A DNA stretch of 61,496 bases from Candidatus Cloacimonadota bacterium (GTDB taxonomy: Bacteria; Cloacimonadota; Cloacimonadia; Cloacimonadales; WRIO01): contig WRLO01000010.1 of assembly GCA_009777575.1 (NCBI GenBank), positions 1-61,496 of the forward strand, in the 5' to 3' direction. Of this stretch, positions 1-9,956 are shown one piece after another (position 1 is the stretch's first letter; the number at the start of each line of letters is the position of its first letter). The notes under the pieces were generated by a model that saw nothing but the letters and a program-made list of their open reading frames with translations, was not told where the DNA came from and searched no databases. A program made the translations under genes and the position numbers.

Positions 1-342
1 ATCTTTTTTATCTTTTTTAGTTGTTTTTTTATGTTGTTTTGGGCATTTTTGGTGATTATTCGTTTCAGAGTTTGTTTCATCTTCTGGTTCATCGTCATCG
101 ACAACAAATATGTTGATAGCTATAAATTCCTGAATATCATAATCATGTTCTGTGATTTCATCGGAGGAAATAGATAAGCTGGGTAAAGGAAAACTAAATA
201 AACTGGTAATAAGATAAAAAAGAGCAGTTAAAATAAATAATGTTTTTTTTAGGCTTCTTCTCAATCGCTCAAAAATCTGTCTATTTAAAACAGTTTGAGT
301 CAGAAATAACGAAATGTCGCTAAACTCTTTTGTTTTTAGCAT
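1..342 (-). CDS. Partial CDS (N-terminal ~114 aa; gene runs off the window start). Hypothetical protein with a hydrophobic segment (TLFILTALFYLITSLFSF), then an acidic and a Lys-rich region.
   Basis: Minus-strand ATG at 342-340 preceded by AAGAGG-type RBS (rc of 350-358). Open frame continues to position 1 with no stop. Absent from the ORF track because it has no stop in the window. Confidence 0.4.
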   Translation of the reverse strand, partial: MLKTKEFSDISLFLTQTVLNRQIFERLRRSLKKTLFILTALFYLITSLFSFPLPSLSISSDEITEHDYDIQEFIAINIFVVDDDEPEDETNSETNNHQKCPKQHKKTTKKDKKD

Positions 343-651
343 TTTAACCTCTTTATATCCTAAAAAAAGCTTATATAAAACTCCATTTAAACTAATATTT
401 TTGTCATAATGTGCCAGTATATTTATTTGGTTTTATTTGTCAAAAAAAAATATTTTTTGTATTTCAACTTTACATGTAGTTGTCCTTGCGAGGAACGCAG
501 TGAAAGGTCTTAAGATTCCTCGCTGCGCTCGGAATGACAAGGTTTGCGTTCGGATTGACAAAGCAGCTACATAAATCGATAAAGAGAAAATATCTTGACA
601 AATAAAGTGTTTTTAAAATATAGGCAATAAACACTAAAAAAAGAGGTGCTT

Positions 652-2094
652 ATGAAATATCAAGAAATTGCTATGGGCATAGCAAAGGATTTAGGTGCTG
701 ATTATGCTGACATCCGTATTCAAAGGACAACTCAGGAATGGATTTATCTTGAGGATACGAGTTTTAAGCAGAACGCACAAGGAACCATTTACGGATATGG
801 TATAAGAGTGCTAAAAGATGGTGCTTGGGGATTTTCTCATTCAAATATCTTCAGCGAAGAGGCTGTAAAAAAAACTACACAGAAAGCATTTGATATTGCG
901 AAATTTTCAGCTAAACTCAAAAAAGGCGATGGTATAAAGCTCGCCAATGAAAAGAGCTATATTGCGAAATACGATACCCCGCTTATTAAAGACCCTTTTA
1001 AAGTTCCAATTAGGGAAAAAACTGAATTAATGCTGGAAATTTCAAAAAAAATGCTAAATTATGAACCTATCAAAAAAACTATGGTTTATTTTTATAGTAA
1101 AAAAGAAGAAAAAATATTTGCTTCAACAATTGGGACTGAACTTGAAATCAATACTTGTTTTATCAATCCGATGATAGTTGCTTATGCTTTCAACGAAAAT
1201 GACAATCAATCAAGGCAATTTGACGATGGTGGAAGAGCTACAGGCTGGGAATGGATAGAAAGTCTTGACTTTATAAAAAAGGCTGACACCATTGCTCAAG
1301 AAGCTATCACAAAGGTCAATGCCGATGTTTTAGGCGAAGAAAAGAGAAGAACCCTGATACTCGATCCCAATCATCTTGGACTTACCATGCACGAATCAGT
1401 CGGTCACCCCACAGAACTGGATAGAGTATTGGGTTGGGAAGCTGATTATGCTGGTGTATCCTTCGCCACTCCTGAAAAATTGAAAAACTATCAATATGGC
1501 TCTCCTATAGTAAATTTTGTTGGTGACAACACCTTGAAAGAAGGTCTTGCAACCTCAGGATTTGACGATGATGGAGTTCCGGGGCAAAAATGGTTTATCA
1601 TAAAAGATGGCATATTAAATGAGTATGGGACAACTCGTGAAACTGCTCCTTATATAGGATTAGATTATTCAAGAGGCTGCAATAGAGCTACATTTTATTA
1701 TGATCAGCCAATGAATAGAATTCCCAACCTTTATCTATTGCCCGGAAAAAATAAATATTCCTTATCTGACATGATTCGTGATACAGAAGATGGTGTATAT
1801 ATTCAGGGTAGAGGCTCATTTTCTATCGACCAACATAGAGTAAACTTCCAGTTTGGTGGGGATTATTTTTGGGAAATAAAAAATGGCAAGCTACATAGAC
1901 CCTTGAAAAAAGTTTTATATAGGTCAAACAATCCGGAATTTTGGAATGCTTGCGATGCTATCTGCGATGAAAGGTATTGGAAACCTTTTGGAGTTGTTAA
2001 TTGTGGTAAAGGTCAACCTAATCAAACTGCCATAATGACACATGGAGCATCTCCCTCAAGATTTAGAAATATACGCGTTGGAGGTTCACAATGA
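652..2094 (+). CDS. tldD: TldD-type metalloprotease (TldD/PmbA family, HExxxH-containing member).
   Basis: HESVGHPTELD motif and overall TldD/PmbA family features. ATG at 652 with GAGG RBS is preferred over the GTG at 646 given in the ORF track. Stop overlaps the start of the next gene (ATGA). Confidence 0.85.
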   Translation: MKYQEIAMGIAKDLGADYADIRIQRTTQEWIYLEDTSFKQNAQGTIYGYGIRVLKDGAWGFSHSNIFSEEAVKKTTQKAFDIAKFSAKLKKGDGIKLANEKSYIAKYDTPLIKDPFKVPIREKTELMLEISKKMLNYEPIKKTMVYFYSKKEEKIFASTIGTELEINTCFINPMIVAYAFNENDNQSRQFDDGGRATGWEWIESLDFIKKADTIAQEAITKVNADVLGEEKRRTLILDPNHLGLTMHESVGHPTELDRVLGWEADYAGVSFATPEKLKNYQYGSPIVNFVGDNTLKEGLATSGFDDDGVPGQKWFIIKDGILNEYGTTRETAPYIGLDYSRGCNRATFYYDQPMNRIPNLYLLPGKNKYSLSDMIRDTEDGVYIQGRGSFSIDQHRVNFQFGGDYFWEIKNGKLHRPLKKVLYRSNNPEFWNACDAICDERYWKPFGVVNCGKGQPNQTAIMTHGASPSRFRNIRVGGSQ

Positions 2095-3371
2095 AAGAAA
2101 AAATCATGTCAATCGCAGAATTTATGAAGAAAAACATCAATGCGGATGATTTCAAACTTTATGTAAATTATAATGACGAACAATGCACCCGGTTCGCTCA
2201 AAATACTATAACTCAACATATCAGTGGTGACTACATAGAAGTCTCTTATGTTTGCATCAAAGACCAAAGAATAGGCACAGCATCTACAAGGCAAATAGAT
2301 GAAGAAAACTTATTGAAAATCATACAAAAAGCAGAAGAAATTGCTGTTAATAACTCACCAGACACTGATATGGAAACAACTCTTTCAAAAGAAGATTATC
2401 CCGAATTAAAGAATTATTTTCCAGCTATAGAAACCCTTGATACTGCAAAAATGATTGAAATCATAAAGAAATGTATAGATTTTGCTGAGACAAAACAGGG
2501 TATTCTTTCAGGTATTATCACAAAAAGCATAAATGAGTTTGTCTATATGACAAAAAATGGTTTTTTGGGGTATGATAAATCATCTGAAATTGAACTTTCC
2601 ATGACCTTACGCAAAGAACATATTGAGACAAAGACTACTTTTACCAATAAAGATTTTGAAAAGCTCTGTTTGGATGGTATATTATCGCGTCTAAATGAGC
2701 AATTTGATTCGCTTAAAGAAATGAGATCGATGGATTTTGAGGCTATACCTGTAATTTTGAGACCACAAGCAGTTGAACAGTTGTTTATGTTTTTCAACTG
2801 GTATATGTTGGACAGAAAAAGAGCTGATGAAGGTTTAACACCACTCACAAATCAAATAGGTCAAAAATTCTTTGGAGAAAAGTTTAATATCATCTCAGAT
2901 ATCAATGACAAAGACCTGACCACACAACCTTTTAGCTCAAACAATGTTCATAAAACAGTTCAATGGGTGAAAGATGGTGTCATATTAGACCTCCCTACTT
3001 CGAGACAATGGGCACAAAAACACAATCTAATACCGAGCTACATGTTCAATTTTATCATTGAAGGCGAAGGTGTCTCCGAGAAAGAGATGATGAAAATGGT
3101 GAAAAGAGGGCTTATCATAAACAATCTCTGGTATATCAGGCTGAATGACTTAAAAACTGCTGATTTTACAGGTATGACACGCGACGGAGTCATGTATTTT
3201 GAAGACGGAGAGATAAAATATGCTGTGAACAATTTCCGTTTTAATGAGCAGATACACGATGTGACAAAAAGAATACTTGCCACTGGAGAAAGTGTTCAAC
3301 AAGGCTCAAATTCAAAAGTTCCAGCAATGTTGATAAAGGATTTTGTTTTTGTAGACAAGACAACTTTTTAA
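2091..3371 (+). CDS. pmbA: PmbA/TldE-type partner protein of TldD (TldD/PmbA family member lacking the HExxxH motif).
   Basis: Translationally coupled to tldD (4-bp overlap). Length of 426 aa and family resemblance fit, and the metal-binding motif is absent, as is typical for PmbA/TldE. Confidence 0.75.
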   Translation: MKEKIMSIAEFMKKNINADDFKLYVNYNDEQCTRFAQNTITQHISGDYIEVSYVCIKDQRIGTASTRQIDEENLLKIIQKAEEIAVNNSPDTDMETTLSKEDYPELKNYFPAIETLDTAKMIEIIKKCIDFAETKQGILSGIITKSINEFVYMTKNGFLGYDKSSEIELSMTLRKEHIETKTTFTNKDFEKLCLDGILSRLNEQFDSLKEMRSMDFEAIPVILRPQAVEQLFMFFNWYMLDRKRADEGLTPLTNQIGQKFFGEKFNIISDINDKDLTTQPFSSNNVHKTVQWVKDGVILDLPTSRQWAQKHNLIPSYMFNFIIEGEGVSEKEMMKMVKRGLIINNLWYIRLNDLKTADFTGMTRDGVMYFEDGEIKYAVNNFRFNEQIHDVTKRILATGESVQQGSNSKVPAMLIKDFVFVDKTTF

Positions 3372-3409
3372 GAAAGTATTTTTGTTTCTCTTAGGCTTAA
3401 CACAACATA

Positions 3410-3443
3410 AAAAATCCCCCTGAAAAGGGGGATTTTTTATTTT
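3410..3443. terminator. Bidirectional rho-independent terminator between convergent pmbA and the downstream minus-strand gene.
   Basis: ATCCCCC-TGAAAA-GGGGGAT hairpin followed by TTTTTATTTT. On the other strand it is preceded by an A-run. Confidence 0.6.
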
Positions 3444-3453
3444 CCGATTCTAT

Positions 3454-4086
3454 TTAATCCCACCCGTCTTGCGAATAATCAAGCTCAAAAGTATCAACTA
3501 TTATGTTGATCTCACTATATTCCATCACATCTCTTTGAATAGGAAAAAGAATGGACCAATAAGCCATCATCCTATTACCAATTTCAGGAACATGTCGATT
3601 TATAGTGATATTTAGGGTTTCATTCGCAATTTCTGGTTCTTCTGCACTAATTCTATTTGAACCGCTTGCTTCACTACGAAAAACCATAATTATCTGATTA
3701 TTCAAAAAATAATCTTCATTATATTCTCTTAATTCTGAAGCGATTTGAGGAGCATGAGTATAATCCCACATTTGTCCCATTTCATTCATTTTTAAAGAGA
3801 TAAAATCTTCAATATCCTGAAGTGAATCTAGGACAATAAAGGAAGTATTATTATTTTCTTGATGGGAAGGTGCCATAGATTGACTAGAACCAAGTATTTT
3901 TATTTCTGTCCGTTGGACATTATGATTTTGAGGCATTGAGGCTCGCTCATTACGCCCCATTGCATTTAGTTCATAAGTCAAAAAAGTAAAAAACATTACA
4001 AAAAATACCAAAACAAAAACAGAAATACTAGTAGTATCTGCTTTTTTAGTAAATAAAATCATCATTGTCTCCTTAAATTTTTCCAT
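3454..4086 (-). CDS. Hypothetical membrane-anchored protein (single N-terminal TM helix).
   Basis: 210-aa ORF with a hydrophobic N-terminal segment VFVLVFFVMFFTFLTY. No recognisable catalytic motif. Confidence 0.45.
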   Translation of the reverse strand: MEKFKETMMILFTKKADTTSISVFVLVFFVMFFTFLTYELNAMGRNERASMPQNHNVQRTEIKILGSSQSMAPSHQENNNTSFIVLDSLQDIEDFISLKMNEMGQMWDYTHAPQIASELREYNEDYFLNNQIIMVFRSEASGSNRISAEEPEIANETLNITINRHVPEIGNRMMAYWSILFPIQRDVMEYSEINIIVDTFELDYSQDGWD

Positions 4087-4100
4087 AAACCGATTTCATA

Positions 4101-4715
4101 TTATATCGGTCTGATATTTCCAAGCCCTGTTACACGGACATTCATAACTGGTCTGCCACGAAACATTATATCACCAGTTCCTGAAAGAGTTCCATTCAAA
4201 GAATTATTTGCAGAAATCCTCGCATTGCCAGCTCCGGATAGTATAATATAGACATTGTCTACTTCATAATTCGCAGTATTGACATTGCCAACGCCGGATA
4301 AATTGATTGTCAGACTAGCGGCATTTCCACTATCAATATTGATGCTTCCAGCACCTCTTAAATTTAAACTTCTCAACTCTGGTAGGTAAACATCATATTC
4401 CAAACGAGTAAAGTTTATGTTCACATCACGTTCTTGCCCTATGTGCAATGTATTATCATTGACATTGAGTATCACTGCTTGATGGATGTTTCTGTCTGTG
4501 TGAACTTCCACTTTAACTTCATCTGAAAAATGAATATTGACATTTCCTACTCCGTCAAAAACAATATTGTCAAAAATTCGGTGAAATGTCTCCTGACTTG
4601 TTATTGCACCATTTCCAACTATGGTTCTGGAGTCATTGATAGCTGGACAACAAGCTGTTATAAAAACAGCTAAGATAATGATAAACAGACCCATTTTTTT
4701 CGAGTTTTTAATCAT
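4101..4715 (-). CDS. Lipoprotein with a repetitive beta-helix-like region (DUF2807 / putative adhesin head GIN-domain-like).
   Basis: Signal peptide with lipobox-like ...FITAC. Repeated G-x-G-N-V/I-N/R segments (GAGSINIDSGNA, GVGNVNTANYEV, GAGNARISANNS). Confidence 0.45.
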   Translation of the reverse strand: MIKNSKKMGLFIIILAVFITACCPAINDSRTIVGNGAITSQETFHRIFDNIVFDGVGNVNIHFSDEVKVEVHTDRNIHQAVILNVNDNTLHIGQERDVNINFTRLEYDVYLPELRSLNLRGAGSINIDSGNAASLTINLSGVGNVNTANYEVDNVYIILSGAGNARISANNSLNGTLSGTGDIMFRGRPVMNVRVTGLGNIRPI

Positions 4716-4776
4716 CTTTTTTACTCCTATGAATTATTTTTTAGGGAAATATAACCTCTTTTTTTTTCATATACAC

Positions 4777-7056
4777 CTATATAAAATCCTCATCAAAGCT
4801 ATCCATCGGCAACATTGTCTCTGGCATGATTTCAAGAGCGTTTGTTGGTTTTTTGTTGGGAAGTTGAGCATGAGTTTTTCTTCTCTCATTGGGTAAATTA
4901 TGAGTTTTTCTAAAAGCTGTATTATTGCTCATATTACTGAATTTTCTACTAAGGGTGAAAGACTCAACCATATCTTTTAATTCGTCAGCTTGACTATTTA
5001 ATTCTTCCGCTGCAGAGGCAGATTCTTCGGCATTCGCTGCATTTTGTTGAGTTCCGCGGTTCATCTCATTTACACCAGTAGAAATTTGCCCAACACCAGA
5101 TGCTTGTTCGTCAGAAGAGGCAGAAATCTCATTTACAATGCTTTTCACTTTATTGAAATGTTCTTTCATTTCAATAAAAGATTTAGTGACTTGCTCGACT
5201 ATTTTTGCTCCCATTTCAGAATTTCGGCTCGATTCATCTATAAGAGCATTTGTGTTTTTAGCAGCTTCAGCACTTCTGAGAGCGAGATTTTTAACTTCTT
5301 CGGCAACAACTGCAAAACCTTTTCCAGCGTCACCAGCATGAGCGGCTTCTACGGCAGCATTCAAAGCGAGAAGGTTAGTTTGAAAAGCAATATCTTCTAT
5401 AGTTTTGATGATTTTTCCTGTTTCCTGTGATGATTTCAAGATAGCTTCCATAGCTTTATTCATTTTCTCCATTGATTCATTACTAGAATCAACAGATCGA
5501 ACAGCTTGATCTGCAAGTTTTAAACCCGCTTTAGCGTTATCGGCGTTGTTTGCGGTCAGAGAATTTATCTCTTCAAGAGAACTTGAAATCTCTTCGAGAG
5601 AGGAAGCCTGTTGCGAAGTAGAATTAGCGAGGTTTTGCGAGCCGGCTGTAATTTCGTTTGATGCAGAAGTTATTTGCTCAACAGCGAGTTCTACTTGCGT
5701 AATGGCTTCTTCCAGAGTATTGCCAGCATTATTAATATTTTGCATGAGAAAATCAAAATCGCCGGGATATTTATTAATAATGCGAGCAGTTAAATCTTTT
5801 TTAGAAAGTCTATCCATAACATCGAGGCATTCTTTCATAGGATAAGCAACAGATTCGAGGATGTTGTTCATACCATCGACCAGTTTTGCATAATCATTTT
5901 GATGTTTTTTCACATCAATCCGAGTTTTAAGTTTACCAGCAAAAGCTTCTTTGGTTAAATAATCACAATCAGATAAAACTCTTTGAATAGCATTTACCAT
6001 ATTTTGCATAGCTTTAGCTAAATCACCTAATTCGTCTTTTGATTTCACATTTATATTCAGATTTGTGTTGCCGTTTTCGATGTTACGGGCAATATCAAGG
6101 CATTCATGGATAGGTTTGGAAATCATTCTGGCAAAAGCTATAGCAACAATTACACCTAAAACAAGAAAAATAAAACCAATAACGAGTATTGTATTACGCA
6201 CCTGAGCCAGTTCAGAATTCATAACATCCTCGTCTAAAGTAAAGAAAAGTTTCCAAGGATAACCTGTGATTTCAGTATAAGCTGCAATGTATTTTTTCCC
6301 ATCTTCAGTAAATCTCGCATTCCCAGACCTTGAGTTTAGTGCAACAGATACCATATCAGCTTTTGAGCGATAGTCTGGATTATTTGCTGCCTCAGAAATT
6401 ACATTAACTTGATTAAAGACCATATCTCTGTCTGGATGAGCGACAATAGTGCCTGAGTTATTAATCATAAAAGCATAAGAACCTTCCATAGTTCTGGCAT
6501 TGTTTACCAAGTCAATAAGCGCAAGATTTCCGTCTCTGCGTGCTACAATCATGCCTATCACCCTAGCCCCAGGTCCATTATGAGACATAATAGGTGCAGC
6601 ATACATCAAAACGAGGCTGTTTGTAACTCGACTGATTATCAAATCAGAGACTGCGTTTCTGCCAGTCAAAGCTACTTGAACATAATCTCTATCACCCAGA
6701 TTTAAGTTTGCATCAGGAACTTCTGATATGTGCCTATATCTACCATCCGGAAACACCATCCCCATTTCTTGAGCACCAATACGCTGCACATCAGGAATCA
6801 GATTTTCCCGGATGACGCCTTCCCAGTCTAAAGTTCTAGATTCAGTCCTGTTTGCAATTTCAAAAAGCCTATTCAATTCTGCGTCTAGATTCGTTTTGAT
6901 TAAATCAGCATTTGAGGTTGCGATAATATCCAATTTATCGAGATATGTCTTTTCAAAATTGCGATTCAATATCATTTCCACAGGGATTACTATTCCTACA
7001 ATACACACAAATAAAGCAATCCCAAACAAAAGAGAGATTTTCATATTAAGTTTCAT
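4777..7056 (-). CDS. Methyl-accepting chemotaxis protein (TM1 - dCache-like periplasmic domain - TM2 - HAMP - MCP signalling domain).
   Basis: Two TM helices flank a ~250-aa periplasmic domain. Conserved MCP signalling hairpin ([36 protein letters not shown]) and Ser/Ala/Glu-rich methylation helices. Confidence 0.9.
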   Translation of the reverse strand: MKLNMKISLLFGIALFVCIVGIVIPVEMILNRNFEKTYLDKLDIIATSNADLIKTNLDAELNRLFEIANRTESRTLDWEGVIRENLIPDVQRIGAQEMGMVFPDGRYRHISEVPDANLNLGDRDYVQVALTGRNAVSDLIISRVTNSLVLMYAAPIMSHNGPGARVIGMIVARRDGNLALIDLVNNARTMEGSYAFMINNSGTIVAHPDRDMVFNQVNVISEAANNPDYRSKADMVSVALNSRSGNARFTEDGKKYIAAYTEITGYPWKLFFTLDEDVMNSELAQVRNTILVIGFIFLVLGVIVAIAFARMISKPIHECLDIARNIENGNTNLNINVKSKDELGDLAKAMQNMVNAIQRVLSDCDYLTKEAFAGKLKTRIDVKKHQNDYAKLVDGMNNILESVAYPMKECLDVMDRLSKKDLTARIINKYPGDFDFLMQNINNAGNTLEEAITQVELAVEQITSASNEITAGSQNLANSTSQQASSLEEISSSLEEINSLTANNADNAKAGLKLADQAVRSVDSSNESMEKMNKAMEAILKSSQETGKIIKTIEDIAFQTNLLALNAAVEAAHAGDAGKGFAVVAEEVKNLALRSAEAAKNTNALIDESSRNSEMGAKIVEQVTKSFIEMKEHFNKVKSIVNEISASSDEQASGVGQISTGVNEMNRGTQQNAANAEESASAAEELNSQADELKDMVESFTLSRKFSNMSNNTAFRKTHNLPNERRKTHAQLPNKKPTNALEIMPETMLPMDSFDEDFI

Positions 7057-7157
7057 CTCTAAACATTCTCCATTTCTTTTCAGTTCATATTTAAAAATTA
7101 CACAGTTCGCCTATCTCAAATTAGAAAAGTATTTTCCCTAACTTGATAAAGGCTCGA

Positions 7158-7649
7158 TTACATATCTTGTATTTGCATCAATTCTTTATTGGTCAATATT
7201 TTACCAATATCCAATAAAGAGACTACTTTGTTTTTTACCTTTGCCATAGCGAGGATAAATTGCGTATCAAGATCTACTCCAAAGGAAGGGGAGCTTTCTA
7301 TCTCATTTTTATTGATGTCTATAACTTCATTTACTTTATCGACAATGACACCGATAAAAATTTCTCTTCCATCCAATTTCATTTTTATGATGATAACGCT
7401 GGTTCTGTCATCATAAACTTGCTCCTCAAGAAGAAACTTTAACCTCAGGTCAACTACAGGTATAATTCGACCTCTTAAATTAATTACACCTTTTACGAAA
7501 GCAGGGGTTTGAGGAATTTTCGTTATATCAGGAATTGCAATTATTTGAAGTATGCTCCCGACACTGACACCGTAAAATTCTTCCAATAGATTGAAAGTAA
7601 GATATTTACCTTCAAATTCTGCTGTATCTACACTCATATTATCCTCCAT
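7158..7649 (-). CDS. cheW: Chemotaxis coupling protein CheW.
   Basis: 163 aa. CheW-like domain (YGVSVGSILQIIAIPDITKIPQTPAFVKGVINLRGRIIPVVDLRLKF). Confidence 0.9.
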   Translation of the reverse strand: MEDNMSVDTAEFEGKYLTFNLLEEFYGVSVGSILQIIAIPDITKIPQTPAFVKGVINLRGRIIPVVDLRLKFLLEEQVYDDRTSVIIIKMKLDGREIFIGVIVDKVNEVIDINKNEIESSPSFGVDLDTQFILAMAKVKNKVVSLLDIGKILTNKELMQIQDM

Positions 7650-7863
7650 TTTTTAAATGTATATTTTCATAAGTGCCAATTATTTAAAAATGCTTTTTTT
7701 GTCAACAGTTTTAATCTTGTTAGGATAAAGATATTTAAAGTAAGTTATTTGATGTGAGAAGGAGTGAAAGCTCCTTTTTTTCATTATATGGTTATCATTC
7801 ATTATCGAAATGCGATCATTTTTGCGGTGGCAAAGAGAGAAATTCAAAAAATAAAAAAAATTG

Positions 7864-8075
7864 TTGACAAAAAAACTATATCAAATTTTCTCGTCTATAA
7901 CTTCTTTTTTTAACAAAGAGTTTTTCCTGTGGTAATTCTGCGAGCTATTTCACAAGCTCAATATCTCTTGAACCGAGAGCACACAGAGGTAGAGAACACA
8001 GAGAAATACGGAGTTTTTTGAAGTTACCCCCTTGGATTGTTCGACCCACTGGTCCCGGAAGCTCGATGATAGCCT
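7864..8075 (+). repeat. Copy of a mosaic intergenic repeat family in the cheW-kamD divergent region (5' leader of kamD). It carries CACAGAG direct repeats and a GTTCGACCC-containing module.
   Basis: Long stretches align to the reverse complement of 21341-21540 (TCTCG.CTATAACTTCTTTTTTTAACA, GAGAACACAGAGAA, TTTTGAAGTTACC, GGTTCGACCC.CTGGTC.CGG) and to the IR arm at 26358-26404 (GGTAATTCTGCGAGC...ATATCTCTTGAACCGA). Confidence 0.55.
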
Positions 8076-8189
8076 CCATCCACAATTTTATTTAGGGGTA
8101 GAGGTAATGCTATTCCTCGATAAAATAGCACGATAGGTAACATCCTCCTTTATAAAGGGATTAGAGAATAGATATATCAGGAGATAAAA

Positions 8190-9782
8190 ATGATAAAACT
8201 AACAATCAATCAAAAAAAAATAACAGAAGCAAGAGCTTATGCAAAGAAAATCACCAATGAAATTACATGGCTTTTTGAGGGATATAGCTCTGTGACCATA
8301 GAGAGAGCTGTATTAAGACTTCTCGGTGTAGATGGAGCTACCGCAGACGGGACACCTTACCCTAATGTGATAGTGGACTATTTAAAAGACAAAAAAATCA
8401 TTGATAAGGGAGCTGCTTATCATATTTGTAATGCAATGATTTATTTGTGTGATAGTGGGAATGTCGGATTACAAGGTAATTTTACAACTCAAGAAATTGC
8501 TGAGAAAATAATAAAAAACGAAATAAACCTATCAGAAATACCAGCTCAAGACCCAAAAAAAGTTTATGAATTAATGCAGTCTGAAACCAGTAAATCTTTG
8601 GAAAATATCACACAGCAAAAAGAATATAGAAACTGTCAATTTACCAAGTATGGAGAAAGAAAAAAGCCTTCTCTTTATGTGATTGTAGCCACAGGAAATA
8701 TTTATGACGATGTAGTCCAAGCAAAAGCAGCTGCTAAACAAGGTGCAGACATCATTGCTGTCATCCGGTCAACAGGACAATCATTACTCGATTATGTGCC
8801 TTATGGGGCTACTACAGAGGGGTTTGGTGGAACTTTTGCTACCCAAGAAAATTTCCGAATCATGCGAAAGGCACTTGATGAAGTAGGTGAAGAAATAGGT
8901 CGTTATATCTGTCTGACCAATTATGCTTCCGGTCTTTGTATGCCTGAAATAGCAGCAATGGGAGCAATGGAAAGACTCGATGTCATGCTTAACGATGCAA
9001 TGTATGGCATTTTATTCAGAGATATAAATCCACGAAGAACATTGTTAGACCAGTATTTTTCGAGAATGATAAACGGTTTTGCGGGTATTGAGATTCAGAC
9101 CGGTGAAGACAATTATTTGACCACTTCAGATGCAGTAGAAAAGGCATATACAGTGACAGCATCTCAATTGATAAATGAACAATTTGCGATTTTGTCAGGA
9201 GTGAAAGCAGAAAAAATGGGGATAGGACATGCTTTTGAAATAGACCCAGATATTGAAAATGGCTTTCTTTACGAAATAGCTCATGCAATGCTGACAAAAG
9301 AATTGTTTCCTAATTCACCGACTAAATACATGCCTCCAACAAAGTTTATCACTGGCAATATATTTAAGGCATATTTGATGAACGCCATGTTTAATTTTGT
9401 TGCTCAACTCACAGGACAAGGAGTGCAGCTACTCGGGATGCTCACTGAGGCTGTTCACACACCGCACCTTCAAGATAGGGCATTGGCTATCGAAAATGCA
9501 GAATATATTTTTAAAACAATGAAAGATTTGCCTAAAGAAATTTTCATAACTGAAGATGGCTTTATCAACCGAAGAGCAAATTTTGTTTTAGAACAAGCAA
9601 CTGACTTTCTAGCAAAAGTGTCCGAAAAAGGTCTTTTGACCTCTATGGCACAGGGAGAATTTGCAGATATAAAAAGACCAGAAGAAGCTGGTAAAGGTCT
9701 CGAAGGGGTGTTTAAAAAAGCAGAAGATTATGTCAATCCTTTTATGGAGAGGATGAAGATAGAACTGGCTACTAAGAAATAA
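8190..9782 (+). CDS. kamD: D-lysine 5,6-aminomutase alpha subunit.
   Basis: 530 aa. Long identical stretches to KamD as I remember it (LYVIVATGNIYDD..AKAAAKQGADIIAVIRSTGQSLLDYVPYGATTEGFGGTFATQENFR, LCMPEIAAMGAMERLDVMLNDAMYGILFRDIN, KYMPPTKFITGNIFK). Confidence 0.9.
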   Translation: MIKLTINQKKITEARAYAKKITNEITWLFEGYSSVTIERAVLRLLGVDGATADGTPYPNVIVDYLKDKKIIDKGAAYHICNAMIYLCDSGNVGLQGNFTTQEIAEKIIKNEINLSEIPAQDPKKVYELMQSETSKSLENITQQKEYRNCQFTKYGERKKPSLYVIVATGNIYDDVVQAKAAAKQGADIIAVIRSTGQSLLDYVPYGATTEGFGGTFATQENFRIMRKALDEVGEEIGRYICLTNYASGLCMPEIAAMGAMERLDVMLNDAMYGILFRDINPRRTLLDQYFSRMINGFAGIEIQTGEDNYLTTSDAVEKAYTVTASQLINEQFAILSGVKAEKMGIGHAFEIDPDIENGFLYEIAHAMLTKELFPNSPTKYMPPTKFITGNIFKAYLMNAMFNFVAQLTGQGVQLLGMLTEAVHTPHLQDRALAIENAEYIFKTMKDLPKEIFITEDGFINRRANFVLEQATDFLAKVSEKGLLTSMAQGEFADIKRPEEAGKGLEGVFKKAEDYVNPFMERMKIELATKK

Positions 9783-9956
9783 AAAGATTGATTTATTATC
9801 TACTAAAAAATTTAAACCCTTTTTGATAAATTATATAATTGTTGACAAAATTTAATGCTTTTTTTTTATGTAGGTTGAAGAGTTATAAATATAGGAAGTG
9901 TTGGCTGGGAGATGCTAATAATTGACAGATGATAATAAAAATAAAGGAGTGAGATA

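Noticed and set aside
646-651. GTG start at 646 for tldD, as in the ORF track.
   Set aside because: An ATG at 652 sits 5-8 nt downstream of a GAGG Shine-Dalgarno and gives the conventional MKYQE... N-terminus. The GTG would place the RBS inside the coding region.
5044-7141. Several 60-130-aa ORFs on the plus strand (5044..5430, 5138..5341, 5546..5845, 6812..7141) antisense to the MCP gene.
   Set aside because: They lie wholly inside a high-confidence 759-aa MCP coding sequence on the opposite strand, they have low-complexity composition and they lack RBSs. They are typical antisense artefacts of AT-rich DNA.
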